A program made the translations under genes and the position numbers. From Octopus vulgaris (taxonomy: Eukaryota): DNA of 64,000 nt. Under the pieces are notes generated by a model, which ran no database searches, was not told where the DNA came from, and was given only the letters and a program-made list of their open reading frames with translations. Each line of letters opens with the position of its first letter. The stretch's first letter is position 1. Shown piece after piece: positions 41,926 to 56,474 of this stretch. The DNA is taken from assembly GCA_951406725.2 (NCBI GenBank), contig OX597819.1, forward strand, positions 3,782,001 to 3,846,000, in the 5' to 3' direction.

Positions 41926-42287
41926 TACTCTTTTTACTTGTTTCAGTCATTTGACTGTGGCCATGCTGGAGCACCGCCTTTAGTCGAGCACATCGACGCC
42001 AGGACTTATTCTTTGTAAACCCAGTACTTATTCTATCGGTTGTAAACACACCAGCATCGGTTGTCAAGCAATACTAAGGGGACAACGACAGACACGCAAA
42101 CACACACAACACATACATATATATATATGTACATATATACGACAGGCTTCTTTCAGTTTCCGTCTAACAAATTGGTCGGCCCGGGGCTATAGCAGAAGAC
42201 ACTTGCCCAAGATGCCACGCAGTGGGACTGAACCCGGAACCATGTGGTTGGTTAGCAAGCTACTTACCACACAGCCACTCCTGCGCC
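41926..42287 (-). mobile_element. SINE family A
   Basis: ttacttgtttcagtcatttgactgtggccatgctggagc...cagccactcctgcgcc. Confidence 0.92.
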
Positions 42288-44895
42288 TATGTGCATTTTT
42301 TTTTCACTTGAGATATTAATGAACACTGGATATTATTAAATTAAATTTTTTATATTTCTCTCCCGAAAAATCTAATCATTTCCGGTAGACAGTCTGCTTT
42401 CTTTTCTATTGAATAGCTGCAATAGAGTGAAAGAAGATACAACTAACGGTTGAATAATTCACATTTCATAGCTTCTTCTATTTTGTATCCTAATATTAGA
42501 GTGCCAGATTTTATCGAGTGCTGTCTTTTGAGGCAATATATCGAGAAACTTGTAGTCACATTTAGTAATAGTTTATCTCGGGGATTGATTTTTCACAGAA
42601 CTGGAGATATAAGTCTATTAGTCCATTGAACCGACCAATAGTAATCAGTCTCAGTTCTTTTGCATCCTCTCAGCGTTAAAAATATCATTTACATCTGTGG
42701 CAAATTTGAAACCTCTATATTTGATATTTATCACTCTTTGTAGATAAATAATAACACAATAGAAAAGAAACAAAATATTAGTAGAACTAAATGTTGGCTA
42801 ATATGACAGCAACTAGATGTATTTTATAAGATTGTCATCTGTTGGTATCGGTGTGATTTAAATATCATATTCATGAAGTGCAAATTCAGATAAATATTTC
42901 ATGTCAACCAATTTTCTATTTTCATTAACGGTAGAGTTTACCATCTCAACATAAGCGAGTGGATGAAAGACTTAGCACATTAATATATACATAATGAACT
43001 TATTTTGAGTTGCGAGAAGCAGGGACTTCACGTAATCGAATGTTACGGAACAACGGTAAAGCAGAGATGAAACAAAGATTTCTGAAGAGAAAATTTGTTA
43101 CAAAAACCGACGTATGCTATTTCTGAAATATATAGACTGCCGGTTATTGAATACAGAGCAGAATTTGTTAAAGAGAATGTTAAATAAGGTGTGCTGAGGT
43201 TATTTATCAGCTCCAACTCCAGTGTATTGAGTGAGAGATCAGAATGAAGTTGATTACAAGATTCTGCTTTTGATAAATCTGAGGAAGAAATGGCAAAAGT
43301 CACTTTATGACACTCCTTCATTCATAATCACAACTGATGTGATATTGATTTTCTTTCACTGGCACCAAGGATAGAAATTTCGGTAGAGATAACAGTTCAA
43401 TATCTCGACTACGGTTTTTAAGGGGTACTTTCTGAAACATTGAAAATCGAAACAAAACTTTGAACTCAAGATATAAATGACCAGAAGGAAATACTACAAG
43501 GAACTTTATTTACTGCTCTAACAAACAGGATTGGAAACAAGAAAACCATTTTTCTTTTGTCAGAAATTTAGTCCTTGGATGTTGGGAAACGTTTACAGTA
43601 CTTGCAGGTATCTCAGATCGTGTACTTATGAACTAACTTGATGCAGAGAGATACTCATGTGATCAACCTCGAAACTTATGTGATGTAGTTCAAAATTCCA
43701 CAACAAACACTTCACCTGATATTTTATGAACAGAAATGTCAACCTCTAAAACTTCTGTCTATTTTCTTGGAGAGTAGTAAATATTAGTTTGATTTTTTTT
43801 TTTTTGCAAATTGAAGAATTAGGTAAAAATGAAAATAGGTCCACATGTTAATTCGCAAGCGCACGATCTGAGTTGTAGGGTACTTCAGATGATCCTGGGT
43901 GAGTTACGTACCTTGATAATTCAGAGTAACAAAACGAGTTCTCAGTATGTGTGTGTGTGTGAGAAAGAAAGAGAGAGAGAGAGAGAGAGAGTGGGGGAAG
44001 AGAAAGAGGTGAGGAGAAAATAAAGAGTAAATATAGTATTTACCCATTTCATACTTCTATCACCTCGGCATGTAGCTGTATCATGCAAAGGTCACGAAAC
44101 TACCCAAAACTAAAACACGTTTTCGCTTCATTTAGGAAACAGACTTATCCCTTTTACAATTACATGGTTACCACGATAGTTATGATAGTGAGACCCAGCA
44201 CTTGTGATTTTCATGTTTTAGTTGAATATTGCACATGAGAAGTGATAATAATGAGATTGTCTAATTATTTACTTCTGAAATGAAATAATTGAAAAAAATG
44301 TGGATAACTTTAATAGCAGAGCACTAAAAACTGTTAATTGAACCGTGTTCAGAGAGATGTGGAACGTAAATTTACATATTTGCTCTAAATACGTCTACGC
44401 AGGTTCAGAAGCCAAATATGCCTTTTGCTGTAGTGTGAGTCATAGCAAATAAATTCTCTTCTTTACGATGGCAGTAAGTTCTACAAACTCGGCTCATTGG
44501 CATACAACATTCTGGGGCTCAAGTACTTCAATATCCCGCCAGCCGGAAGTAGCCGGAACTCTGAGCCTAAACAAAGGCACAGATAGACAACTGCAGATGG
44601 CCGAGTGTAAAACTGCATGCCATTGAAATGAGCGAAGACCAATTGTACCATTCAAATTGACAGCGATAATTTTTGTCTTTAAATGGCAAGACAAGTGAAG
44701 AAACAATGTATAATCCAGTCAATTTCAGTGAGTTATGTGTCGGGGGAGCCCATCACACATGCACACACACACACACACACACACGCACGCACACACACAC
44801 ACACATGCACACACACACACACACACACACATATTTGTATGTATGTATGTATGTTTATTGATATAAACTAATATGATTGATTTCCTTCTACTTAC

Positions 44896-45034
44896 CGTTA
44901 CTGGGTCTTTTAGAACACACTGTGCACTTTTCATTATCATAGGAGTGAGCAAATACTCAACCAGCTTTCCGGCATCTTTGCCACATTTATCTGTAATAGT
45001 GTTTTCTATACAGTTATGGACGCGTTTCACATTG
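44896..45034 (-). CDS. Internal coding exon C (phase 2 to 0) of the same gene
   Basis: Acceptor ccttcctctgttcttctggtttcAG, 139 nt encoding (S)NVKRVHNCIENTITDKCGKDAGKLVEYLLTPMIMKSAQCVLKDPVT, donor ACG|GTAAGT. Confidence 0.9.
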
Positions 45035-45164
45035 CTGAAACCAGAAGAACAGAGGAAGGTTTTTTTTTTTACTAGTATACAATGATCTATAAATCAGAAG
45101 AAAGTAGTACAGGATTGAGAATTTAAAATATTAACAATAAAGGTGTTAGAGACAAATATATAAT

Positions 45165-45223
<59 letters not shown>

Positions 45224-45529
45224 GAGAGAGAGAGAGAGAGAGAGAGCTGTGGGGAAGCAGTAAAATCATGCATTCATGAAATGAACGTGTGAAAGGATTA
45301 CTTTTGGCTGCATAAGTTTCAAATTAGATTGGCATCATTTACTGCAGCTGAAATGTAAAACTACCCCACTGAGTCGTGTTCATGGCATCAAATTTACCAT
45401 TATGTGACTTCTATATAGTTATGGTAATGACACATATCATGAAAGTTGTGCATTTCACCACATTTTCGGTGGTTTAATGTCATAGCGCAGTAAATGTAAT
45501 CAAGTTAAAAATGTTAGTTAGTTGCATAG

Positions 45530-46090
45530 TCAATAATGAGACAGTAAGACAACTCTATTAGAATACATTAAAGAAACGGTAATATATTATTCCATTATAA
45601 TATTCTTAAATATTTAACTTTAGAACATTAGGTGTGTCATGTTATTCAATCAAGATTTTGGCAAAACACAATCTCGCAAATAACTAATCCATGTTTAGAT
45701 TGAAGGATAATAAATATCATGAGATAATAAGTATATCTACGTGTAATCCAGTGAGTACACGACACATACTATATTCCTTTATTCTTTTACTTGATTCATT
45801 CATTCATTGGAGGGTATAGCGGATCAAATCGATCCCTGAAGTTATACTTTTAGCCATATATTTATTTATTCCATAGGCCACTTTTTTCATGAAGTGAATG
45901 TCAACAATAATGAGAATGTAGGGCAACTCTGTTAGAATACATAAAAAAAAAAACAACCGAAAAACCAAATCAAAATAAAAAGAAAAAAACAATGTAACAA
46001 TCTCATTATAGCATTTGTAATTATTTAGCTTTAGAGCAATAGGCCTGTCGTATTATTCAATCAAGATTTTAACAAAATACAATTCAATAA
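45530..46090 (+). repeat. Degenerate tandem repeat of about 375 bp unit, with another copy at 55905-56125
   Basis: aataatgaga...caactct.ttagaatacat...ttattcaatcaagatttt occurs twice. ctcgcaaataactaatccatgtttag...cacgacacatactatatt recurs at about 55927-56030. Confidence 0.7.
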
Positions 46091-46136
46091 TACGAATTTC
46101 ATTTGGTGAAGGAATTTTAGAGAAACGTGGGTTTCC

Positions 46137-46275
46137 TATTGTGTCCGGGGAGAGTAATTTTCTTTTTGCGTCTTATAATTTAACACAGTCACAAGTAAAA
46201 TTTTCACTTGTCTCGTATTTTTATTTTCCTAAAAGTTTCGTTGCGTCTTGCAATGTTTTCAATAGTCTTGACTCT
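46137..46275 (+). repeat. Single arm of the same palindromic element
   Basis: ttgtgtccggggagagtaattttc...caatagtcttgactc is the reverse complement of 47523-47660. Confidence 0.75.
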
Positions 46276-46749
46276 GCCCGTTATTTACACTGCATTCCTT
46301 TTTGCTTGTCTGTGCGCATATGTGCGGGCCAGTGTGTGTGAGTCTATGCATGCCTGTATGTATGCGTATATGTATGTGTGTATGTATTTATGTATGTATG
46401 TATTATATATGCGTGTGTATGTATATATATGTGTGTATGCATATGTATATATGTATGTATGTGTGTGTATCTGTATGTATTCTGCATATTCATGTGCTTG
46501 CGTGTCCGTGTTTGTGTGCTTCCTAGATCAAGTTATTTATATCTGCACACATACGCAGGGGATACTGAAAGCGCCTTCAATATATTCCTCTTCCAGATTC
46601 ACACACTTGTTGCAAGCGGTCCTTTAGCTTTTCTAAGCCCTGTAAAAGAACTCGGAAAGTTGGGCCTCCAACCATGCCTTTCCCAATAACCCTTATAGCC
46701 AGAAACTTTGCAGCAATCCCTCGTGTGTATATATATATACATATATGTC

Positions 46750-46801
<52 letters not shown>

Positions 46802-47078
46802 TGTCTATGTGTGTGTATATATATATACACACACACACACAAACACATATGTATGTATATGTGTGTGTGTGTGAAAATTTAATTTTCTCACTCATATAAA
46901 AAGGAAATATTGTACCTATCGTTAAAAAAAAAAACATTGCCTAGATATCAAAGTCTAAAAAAAGCTTTTTTGAGGTTTGTATACGGGGCAATATTTTGGT
47001 TTATTTTCTTATTTTGACTTTCATACTTCCTTAATTCTAGTAAACTGTTCAGATAGAAAATAAATCAAGAATTCTTAC

Positions 47079-47208
47079 CTACAGAACACTGCGTCAGATG
47101 GATATTTAAGTTTTGTAAATATAGTCACTGTCTTTTTGGTAATTTTGCTAAAGCAGTTCTCAGTGTGGTCTCTATGACGATTAAAACATGTCTGGCAGCG
47201 AGCATATT
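47079..47208 (-). CDS. Internal coding exon B (phase 1 to 2) of the same gene
   Basis: Acceptor ttactgttttctaattccAG, 130 nt encoding (K)YARCQTCFNRHRDHTENCFSKITKKTVTIFTKLKYPSDAVFC+AG, donor GTAAGA. Phases match exon A upstream and exon C downstream. Confidence 0.88.
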
Positions 47209-47284
47209 CTGGAATTAGAAAACAGTAAATTGATAATAGACGTGCATACATAAGAAAAGAACTTTTAATGCGTTTTTAAAAAAA

Positions 47285-47450
47285 TCTTTTACTTGTTTCA
47301 GTCATTAGACTGCTGCCATGCTGTAGCACCGCCTTGAAGAGTTACTGCGTCAAATGATTCGGCTCCAGTACTTATTTTTGCATGCCTGGTACTTATTTTA
47401 TCGGTGTCTTTTGATGAACCACGAAGTTACGGGGACATAAACACACCAAC
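47285..47450 (-). mobile_element. SINE family A, 3' part only
   Basis: ttacttgtttcagtcattagactgctgccatgct...gttacggggacataaacacacc. Confidence 0.8.
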
Positions 47451-47661
47451 AATTTTCCTAAAATTGTCGTTGCGTCTTGCAACCTTTTTAGTAGTCTTTT
47501 CAATAGTCTTGCAACCATTTCAAGAGTCCAGACTATTGAAAAGGTTGCAAGACGATACGAAAATTTTAGGAAAATTAAAATAAGAAATAAGTGGAATTTT
47601 TACCGGTGAGTGTGTTACATTATAAGGCACAAAAAGAAAATGACTCTCCCCAGACACAACA

Positions 47662-47663
<2 letters not shown>
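47451..47663. mobile_element. Palindromic (foldback/MITE-like) element, left arm truncated, TA-flanked on the right
   Basis: aattttcctaaaattgtcgttgcgtcttgcaaccttttt pairs with aaaaggttgcaagacgatacgaaaattttaggaaaatt. The right arm ends CAGACACAACAG-TA(TA)n. Confidence 0.7.
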
Positions 47664-47698
<35 letters not shown>

Positions 47699-47933
47699 AT
47701 TTGTTTACAGGAAACGTTTTGAAAATGCAAATAAAGCTCCTGTTCCATATGCCGGCCACAGTCTAATGATACTGACTGGTGAACTAGTTTTTTGGTGTTG
47801 CATCGAGCTCTATCAATATAATGTAGGATACAAATATTAATAAGAACAATAATCCTTGGATAGATTTTTTAAACATTTAATGCCTCACTACGCACGTTTC
47901 CACAAATCCCATGTCTCTTAAAATCACAGTCCG

Positions 47934-48056
47934 TATTCCTGTTAAGATTACAGTGTAGTCCGTAGTATCCGTCGGCATCGGCTGATACTCCACATCATTA
48001 TCGAACCTCGTCTGGAGGTTCAAACAGAATGGAGTGAAGCATACGACTCACTGGTC

Positions 48057-48099
<43 letters not shown>

Positions 48100-48779
48100 C
48101 GCTGCGCCGTACAACGGAACATCATGGGAATCATCAGACATCTAGGGAAAACGTGATAAAGAGACACTCACGGGGGATCATATGATGCGAACATAAAAGC
48201 AAAAGATCGTTTCTGGAATTTGAAAAAAAAAAACCATTTTGAAAGAGAATAGCAACAACTGCTCTTAACATTTTATAAAACAAGGAAGGAATAAAAGCAA
48301 ATAGACAAACCAATCGATATTTAGGATGATAACATTGTACCAGAAACAATTAAAAGGTCACCCTAAGAAAGTACCATTTATCAATTCAGGTAATGAACTC
48401 CTGCACCTGATGGTTGTGGTGGCTATACTGGCTGACATGGTTACTTCAGAATTCATTGAAGATAGTCATACCTTAAATGAGATCGAACAAAGGAATGTAC
48501 GACCCATCCTTGAAGTCTGCGGACTGAATAGCGAAATAAGTCCACACCTCCTTCCTATATAACTACCATTCCTTCCTCTCTTTCTATCACCTTCCTCTCC
48601 TCCTCACCAAATACACACAGAAATACCCACATAACTCAGTTAACCTTCGCACTGCTCAAGAGGGATAAACACGACTCTGGTAAATATCTATTAGTGTTAT
48701 ATCGCTTGAAAAAATGAATTCGTGAAGATGATCTACTCGATGCCCACGGATAGTACGGGCTACACTGTAATCATCCTAA

Positions 48780-48785
<6 letters not shown>
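47934..48785. mobile_element. Unclassified element bounded by inverted repeats
   Basis: 47946-47980 and the reverse complement of 48738-48772 match at 32 of 35 nt. The right end runs into (TA)n. Confidence 0.55.
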
Positions 48786-48846
<61 letters not shown>

Positions 48847-48910
48847 TGTATGTATGTATGTATGTATGTATGTATGTATGTATGTATGTATGTATGTATG
48901 TATGTATGTA

Positions 48911-49120
48911 TTTCAGATTTACAGGAAACTTTCGAAGACAGGCAAAGGACAAAAAAGCAGGTGTATTAGTTTAACGATTTGGAAGAATGGAAACGACTTT
49001 GACGTTACGAGCCTACGCTCTTCGACAGTAAGGATATAGAGGGGGGGCGGAAGCGGAGAGAAAACGAAAAGGAAAATGGAGAGAGAGAAAAATGTGTAGG
49101 GATTAACGGTTCAACATGGA
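48911..49120 (-). repeat. Second copy of the Penelope-like, hammerhead-bearing repeat
   Basis: Minus strand CTGTCGA-A-GAGCGTAGGCTC-GTAA-CGTC-AAAG (about 48995-49034). Flanks align with 5838-6046. GAAA is mutated to GTAA. Confidence 0.7.
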
Positions 49121-49134
49121 TACATATTTTATGT

Positions 49135-49263
49135 AAACAGGCTTCTTTCAGTTTTCGAGGCTACAGTAGAAGATACTTGCCCAAGGTATCACGCAGTTGG
49201 ACTGAACCCAGTAACAAATGTGGTTGGGAAACAAGCTTCTTACCACACAGCCACACCTGTACC
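49135..49263 (-). mobile_element. SINE family A, 5' part only
   Basis: ggcttctttcagttt...gatacttgcccaagg...cttaccacacagccacacctg. Confidence 0.8.
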
Positions 49264-50042
49264 TGATGTGGTGTAAGAACACATACATACACTCTGTTTT
49301 ATCTCATTTACATAAGGTCCCTCTATGTGACATAAATTTTGAATTTGGTGCCGACATTTCGGAAGCATGTGCATATAATTTAGCATCTGGAGAAATATAC
49401 GTTGAATTCCTATTGAGAGAACCATGTAAAAGAGGTTCTATTCCGGGATTTATGCTTCCATGAAAACTTATTAACATACCAGTCATTTCTCTCGGTGTTG
49501 CCCCTGTGACAACCCAAAATAGTGATATTCACAAACTTTCGTTTATAAATGTTTAAGGTGTATAATATAATAATGATTTGAAATGCAGTTAGAGTAGTAT
49601 AAATACATAACATACATACGTGCGTGTGTGTGTATGTATGTGTATGTGTTTCTTAGGATAGAGAGAAAGAAAGGGAGAGACACACGCACACTTAAACAAA
49701 GAAACAGAGAAAGAGAACGAGAATACATGACACAAAAAGTAACACTAACCTATAGATGAAGTACTTATGTAACGGATGAGATACTTTTTTTGATGATTTT
49801 ACATGTCAACGTTTAGAAACCTATCGTCCTCACTACCTATGTAAAGCAGCAAACATAAAACGTCATTTTTATTTAGCAGATTTTTTATGCCTTTTTGTAA
49901 CAAAGTTGGAAACCAAATAAAAAGTCAAATGTTAGTAAACTGAAGACCGGATAAATAAGAATTTATTTCCATCTCAGTTTATGTAACTCTTTGATGTTGG
50001 CGTCAATAATTTTGTGCTTGTACTAATAGACGCTGTATAATG

Positions 50043-50812
<770 letters not shown>

Positions 50813-51299
50813 TAATGTTATGTCCCTACAGAACCCAGAAAATGCAATGCGACGTGAAAAAAAAACACAAGTGGTATCGATTAGGATAAAGTGTCTCTAT
50901 AAACATAAATCAAGAGAAAATGAAAAAAAACTTTATATATGGGATAAGTATTTTCGCGACTCAGAACACTTTTAGCACTAAATTTTCTGTTGGTTATAAA
51001 TCAGGAATTCTATTATTGGGTGGGGAGACAAGCAGGTGAGACAATAACGGGTACAGATGGTGCATTGGGAAATAAATCAACTTCTGTAGAAGGAGTGAGA
51101 GTATCAAGAGGAGTTTTGAGTAAATGCAAACGAAAACTTTGCACATAAAGCATCTTGCATCGTTTCCTTCCACTCAAACAGTAGTTGGCTTCTCTGTATT
51201 TGTTAAAACGTCGTCTCGTGGCTTATTGAATGCTGCCACCCACATTTTCTCAACTAAGATGGCTGCATTTGTAGCAATATTTCGAAAACCTTCCCATTT

Positions 51300-52550
51300 G
51301 CTGCTCTCTTCGTTTCTAACTCGATTGTGCGAACAAATAAATCTTCCAACTCACTTTCTCTATTCTATTAGTCCTGTCGCTATATTCACACTTCACCAAA
51401 TGCCAACAAACTCCTCTCAAAAGTATTGCTTCCATTGCACAAACTCTGATCCCGTAAGATTGCTTCTACCCAAGCAAAAATTTCCAACCTTTTTCTATTT
51501 CTGCAGCGATCCATCTCACACATCAAAATGTGTCCTATTATTAGAAAGTGTACTTCTCTGATTCTGTCAATTATTAACCTATCATCGGATCCACTGAGAG
51601 ACTGTTCTTCTGTCACACCCCGATGGTCTTTTAGCATTGAGAAGTTCGGAAAAAATGTTGTTGTATTGACATCAGTGTAAGCATTGCCTATACATCTGAC
51701 GAGGTTAGCTGCTTATAGCCTCTACTCTTCTCTTAGTCGGAAGTTTCAATCCCATTGGTTAGAAGTTCCTTATCAGAATGCACAGTTTCAGAGTGTGCTG
51801 AAGACGTTCTCACTAAACTACACTCAGTAATGTCTGGTGTTCCGCCAAAGTACTGTTTTTTTTCCTATACTCTTCCTTTAGTGTATTAATGACTTTGTTA
51901 TTGTCAAATCTGACAACACAAATTCCTGCGTTGATAATACTATTCTGAAATACTTAATTTCCAACACACAGTTATCCAACACACTCAACGAAGACATGTC
52001 TTACCACATTGTGCTACAGCTATGTGCAGATATTTTGAAAAAAAAAACAACCATAGAGGAGAACAAACTATTTTGTACGCTTTACTCTCTTTAGCTGTGA
52101 AGAACAATTAAAAACCATGAAAATCGCTACGTTGGCTAAGTTTTACAAACGCTGATTATTGCTTTTAGTAGCCGAACATAAATACTTTTTCCAGAAGTAT
52201 TTCACAAACAGTACGCTTCCTCTTCAAATCTAGATATATCAGAGGTAATCGGTCTTTGACACTCTATAACGCTCAAGTGGCATTTGTTACATTGCTACAT
52301 ACACAAATATTTACGCCTGCACCTAAATGAACACTATTCAACCAGTTTACAAATGTACATTCATGAATTTGCATCAAACGTTACTCACAAACACATTCTT
52401 TTTCTTCTCTGGCACCTCAACTTATACAGTGGCCTCTCCTTGACTGATTTAGCTATCTGCATACTCACTTTATCAGGTCGACCCAGTACACTCTTTAAAT
52501 CTGCTTTGTCTATCTCACACAGCATACCATATTAAACATTTCTCCAAACC
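51300..52550 (+). mobile_element. Degraded CR1/L2-group LINE (reverse transcriptase region and 3' part)
   Basis: Remnants IEKFGKNVVVL and VMSGVPP...PILFL.CINDF (about 51830-51895; GVPQG..LF..IND motif), plus downstream LYNAQV and LNLYSGL-like segments. Confidence 0.7.
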
Positions 52551-52961
52551 TTAGTTTGAAGTTATTAAAACACATTTCTCCACTGTGCTTCTCGTTATGC
52601 TTACATACTGCTAGATGTGGTTTGCTGACAAGTATCTTTGTCCGTTACACAGCTCAAATGATGCAGCACGAATATTCCGACTTGAAAAGCTTACACATCT
52701 TTAATTAACAGTTATAGGGAGTCTCTCCATAATCTCCATAATGGATATATTAGTCCATAATGTCCATAATGGATATATTGGTCAGTGTATGTTTTAATAT
52801 ATAAAAAGGCAGGAAAAGTACAACTGGATGACATGGAACTAATCAACAGTAATAATAATGAGTGGTTCTGGATGATACTGAAGTAGCATATTTACTCAAA
52901 TGCTTATATGAAAATCTGAAAGAATTGCTAGTTTATGGAAGTAAATTATATTTAATTTATT

Positions 52962-53191
52962 AGGCGGCGAGCTGGCAGAAACGTTAGCGCGCCGGACGAA
53001 ATGCTTGGCGGTATTTCGTCTGTCGTTACGTTCTGAGTTCAAATTCTGCCTGGGTCGACTTTGCCTTTCATCCTCTCGGGGTCGATAAATAAAGTACCAG
53101 TTTCGCACTGGGTCGATATAATCGACTTAATCCCTTTGTCTGTCCTTGTTTGTCCCCTCTATGTTTAGCCCCTTGTGGGCAATAAAGAAAT
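52962..53191 (+). mobile_element. SINE family B, full monomer
   Basis: GGCGGCGAGCTGGCAGAAACGTTAGC head; TSD tatatttaatttatt on both sides. Confidence 0.92.
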
Positions 53192-56100
53192 ATATATTTA
53201 ATTTATTGTGTGCAACTTCGTATTATAAGGATAGAATGAAAACTATGTAAAGCTGGACCTACATTTCTCTTGATTTTTTTTACTTTTAAATTTGAAGCCA
53301 TTTAAAAGCTATTTAAGAGAAGGTAAAAGTAATTATGTTTCATATAAACAAAATAAATCTGAATGAAAAAAAAAGGCATCGGAGGGGCAATGATTACAAT
53401 GCGCGCAGATAAACTTTTCAGCAAATTACAGGGTAGCTTACAATGCATTGCTTACCCATGCTTTTTGATTGAGCTGAATTAAGCTTTGCTGGAGTTTGAT
53501 TAAAAGAGAATTAGAAGCCGAAGTAGATGACAGCTAAAACTAGACTTAATCGATGTCTACGCTAAAAGCATGTGAATAAAATTTGCATATGACTAAATCA
53601 ATGATTATTCAAATGATAATCATGATTATGAAAGAAAAAAGTGAACAAAATGAAATAATTATAGAAAACATCGCATAGAATTTGAGAAGTGTTTTCAACG
53701 TCTTTCAATGATGGCAGGTGAACCAAACGTACTGTAGTTCATTGTAGGATATAAATAATATGACCACTTGAGTGTTCGAATGTTGGAGATTATATATATA
53801 TATATATCAATTATGAGAAAATACGAGTAACAGCCACAAGTTTATCATCCTTACAAAGTGAATTGTGTATCTTACGTTGTGTTGTAGAGGTGATTGTCGT
53901 AGCTGTGTTTAGAAGGTAGTAATGACATTTTGGTAACAAGTGAGATGGTGATCGACACAATGTCGAGATTGATTGATGGTTTTGTGCTGATAATGGTAAG
54001 GGATCTTGCGTCAATATGCACTAATCATACCTCAACACCAATTACATAACACTTCACAAAAGCAATATTTATGTAATATCATTATCAGCTTTGGTAGCTG
54101 TATTTTATCGCGTCTAAAGGCGAACGACATTGAAAGTTAATTATTTACTATATAGAAAGATTATAGGTTAGCAATACAACTGCGCACACTGATTGGCATG
54201 CCAATTTTCATTTAAATGTGTAATCTATACACCTCCTGCAACAGCGTTTCAATATCTTTTGGTTTAATCTATTTTTCAGTCGTCAGGGAGATGATAGGAT
54301 GATAAATCAACAATTCCCACTTTGAAACAATAAAGTTGGAAAGGCAATAGAAAAAGCAATTTTTGCATATGATATCTTCTGCTGGCGTAGATTAAATAAC
54401 TTTAAGGTAAGAAAGTTATTTTTAATCATTTGATTATGATATTTAAGTGATGGATGTAGAAACATCTCACAGGGGTGCAGTTAGTAATTTAGTTATTCCA
54501 AAAGCATATTCATTCTTTCTGCAGTAATTCTATCAAACACATAAGAACTTGCATTGAAACGGTATGGGATAAAATATTCTCCTAGATAGAAATAACATTG
54601 AATTTGGTGAAAAGAACGATAGTCAACAGTAATTTGATGTATTTTAATGAATAATTTTGATAACATTTATACAAATACTTCAAAGGGCCATGTATATGTC
54701 CTTTTAAATGGACATAAAATTATCGTACTAATATGCTTGGTCAGCTTTATTCGTGCAAATCTATCTAGATAGTTAATTTATGGGAGTCTATATCTTGGTT
54801 CCTAACTCGACGTAACATTAAGTATGTGATTCTGAGCAATACTTTTATCGGATAAAAGGAAAAGCGAAGGTATTTCAGGATACAAGATATTGCATTTGAT
54901 GGCAATTCAATATTTCTATTAAAAATAATGTACTTTTAACAAAAACTTACATCAGAAATATCCAAAAACAAAAATATTTAAGATAATAGATAATGGATTG
55001 CGTAATTATACCAGGGTCTGGTGCTTAAAGTAGGAAAAGATATTTGTATTGGTAGATAGATTGTTGAAAGGAAGGATTTCTTTGGACAATGATTTGGAAA
55101 GATACAAAATAAAAATAGCATCGAGCGTAATATAAAATAGATATATACGTAGTCTTCTATTTCATCTATATGAATATAGTTGTATAACTACATGAATATA
55201 GTGCAACCACTTCAACAAATGATGTATGGCATTCTGTGCAATTGTGCAGGTAGCGTCGATTTGATGGAGAGACTGAATAAAATTAGTGTACAAGCATTTT
55301 ATCACTATAAACAAATCATCGGTGCAGGCTGTTAAACAAGAAATTATGGAATCATCTTTCTTGGACTCGAGAGACTAACAACAAAACAACAAAAATAAAT
55401 ATAGTTATATAGCGACATTACACACATGCTTTATCCGAGGAATTGAACTATTATAATCACTAATGTTGAACTAGAAAAGTCCACCACATATTGAATCCAT
55501 ATTATCTTGTAACACTTTTAATGGTTGTTCATTGAAATAAGATTAATGACCGCACCAGTTTCATATATTTCATCTGACTTTGGATAACAAAGAAAATACG
55601 GAAGACCACTCAGTAGTTATGTAACCCTAACCCTAACCCTATATTCATATATGACTAAATTGATGTACAGTAGTAGAAAGTAAAACTTCATTTCAGCTCT
55701 GAACTGTGAGTTTCAAATTCCATTTTTTGATTTTCATCAAATATTTGAACTTCGATTGCGCTATAACATTGGTGAATGGTCGTTTTATATGGCAGGACTT
55801 GTATGTTAACAGATTTCGTGGGAGACGACTATTACTAACCGTCTTCTTTAAAAAATTGGAAAGTATAAGAATAACTGTTGATATGTATTTCGATATTTAT
55901 CGTATAAAAGTTCCAAACTTACCAATCTCGCAAATAACTAATCCATGTTTAGGCTAAAGGATGATAAATGTCATAAAACAATAAGCATATTTACGAGTAA
56001 TCCACTCAGCACACGACACATACTATATTGTTTTACATGGTTCATTCATTGGTGGGTACAGTAGATCAAATTGACCCCAGTAGTTATATGTTTAGCCAGT

Positions 56101-56474
56101 AGTTCCCTTTTTGCATGAAGTGGAGCAGTGACATACAAATACACTCATTTGTACATGCACACATTAAGTGGTTCACTCAGAAGGCATTAGTCAGCCGAGG
56201 TAGGAGATAGTCGCCCTGGGGAGTGAACCCGTTGAGAAATGAACTTCTTAACTAACTACCTTCTATTGCTTTAAGATGTCATGTAATCTTTAGTGAGTTG
56301 AATGTTTGTTGTCTGTACATTCTGTTTTATCTCTTTCATAATCAGGGAACAAGTCCAGTAGTTTGAGGAAAGACGGTGAGTCGGTGCCATCGATCTCAGG
56401 AATTGACTGGTACTTATTTTATCGACTCCGGAGAGGTGAAACGCAAAGTTCAACCCCTCTCAGTTTATTTGACA

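Noticed and set aside
44480-44720. GC-richer patch with an ETS-like CCGGAAGT motif
   Set aside because: No splice-compatible open frame or promoter context. A single short motif is expected by chance.
46577-46650. Possible extra minus-strand exon after ttcttttacAG
   Set aside because: Stops occur in all three phases before a donor, and exons B and C already join in phase without it.
55622-55640. (TAACCC)3 telomere-like repeat
   Set aside because: Only three units, too short to indicate an interstitial telomere.
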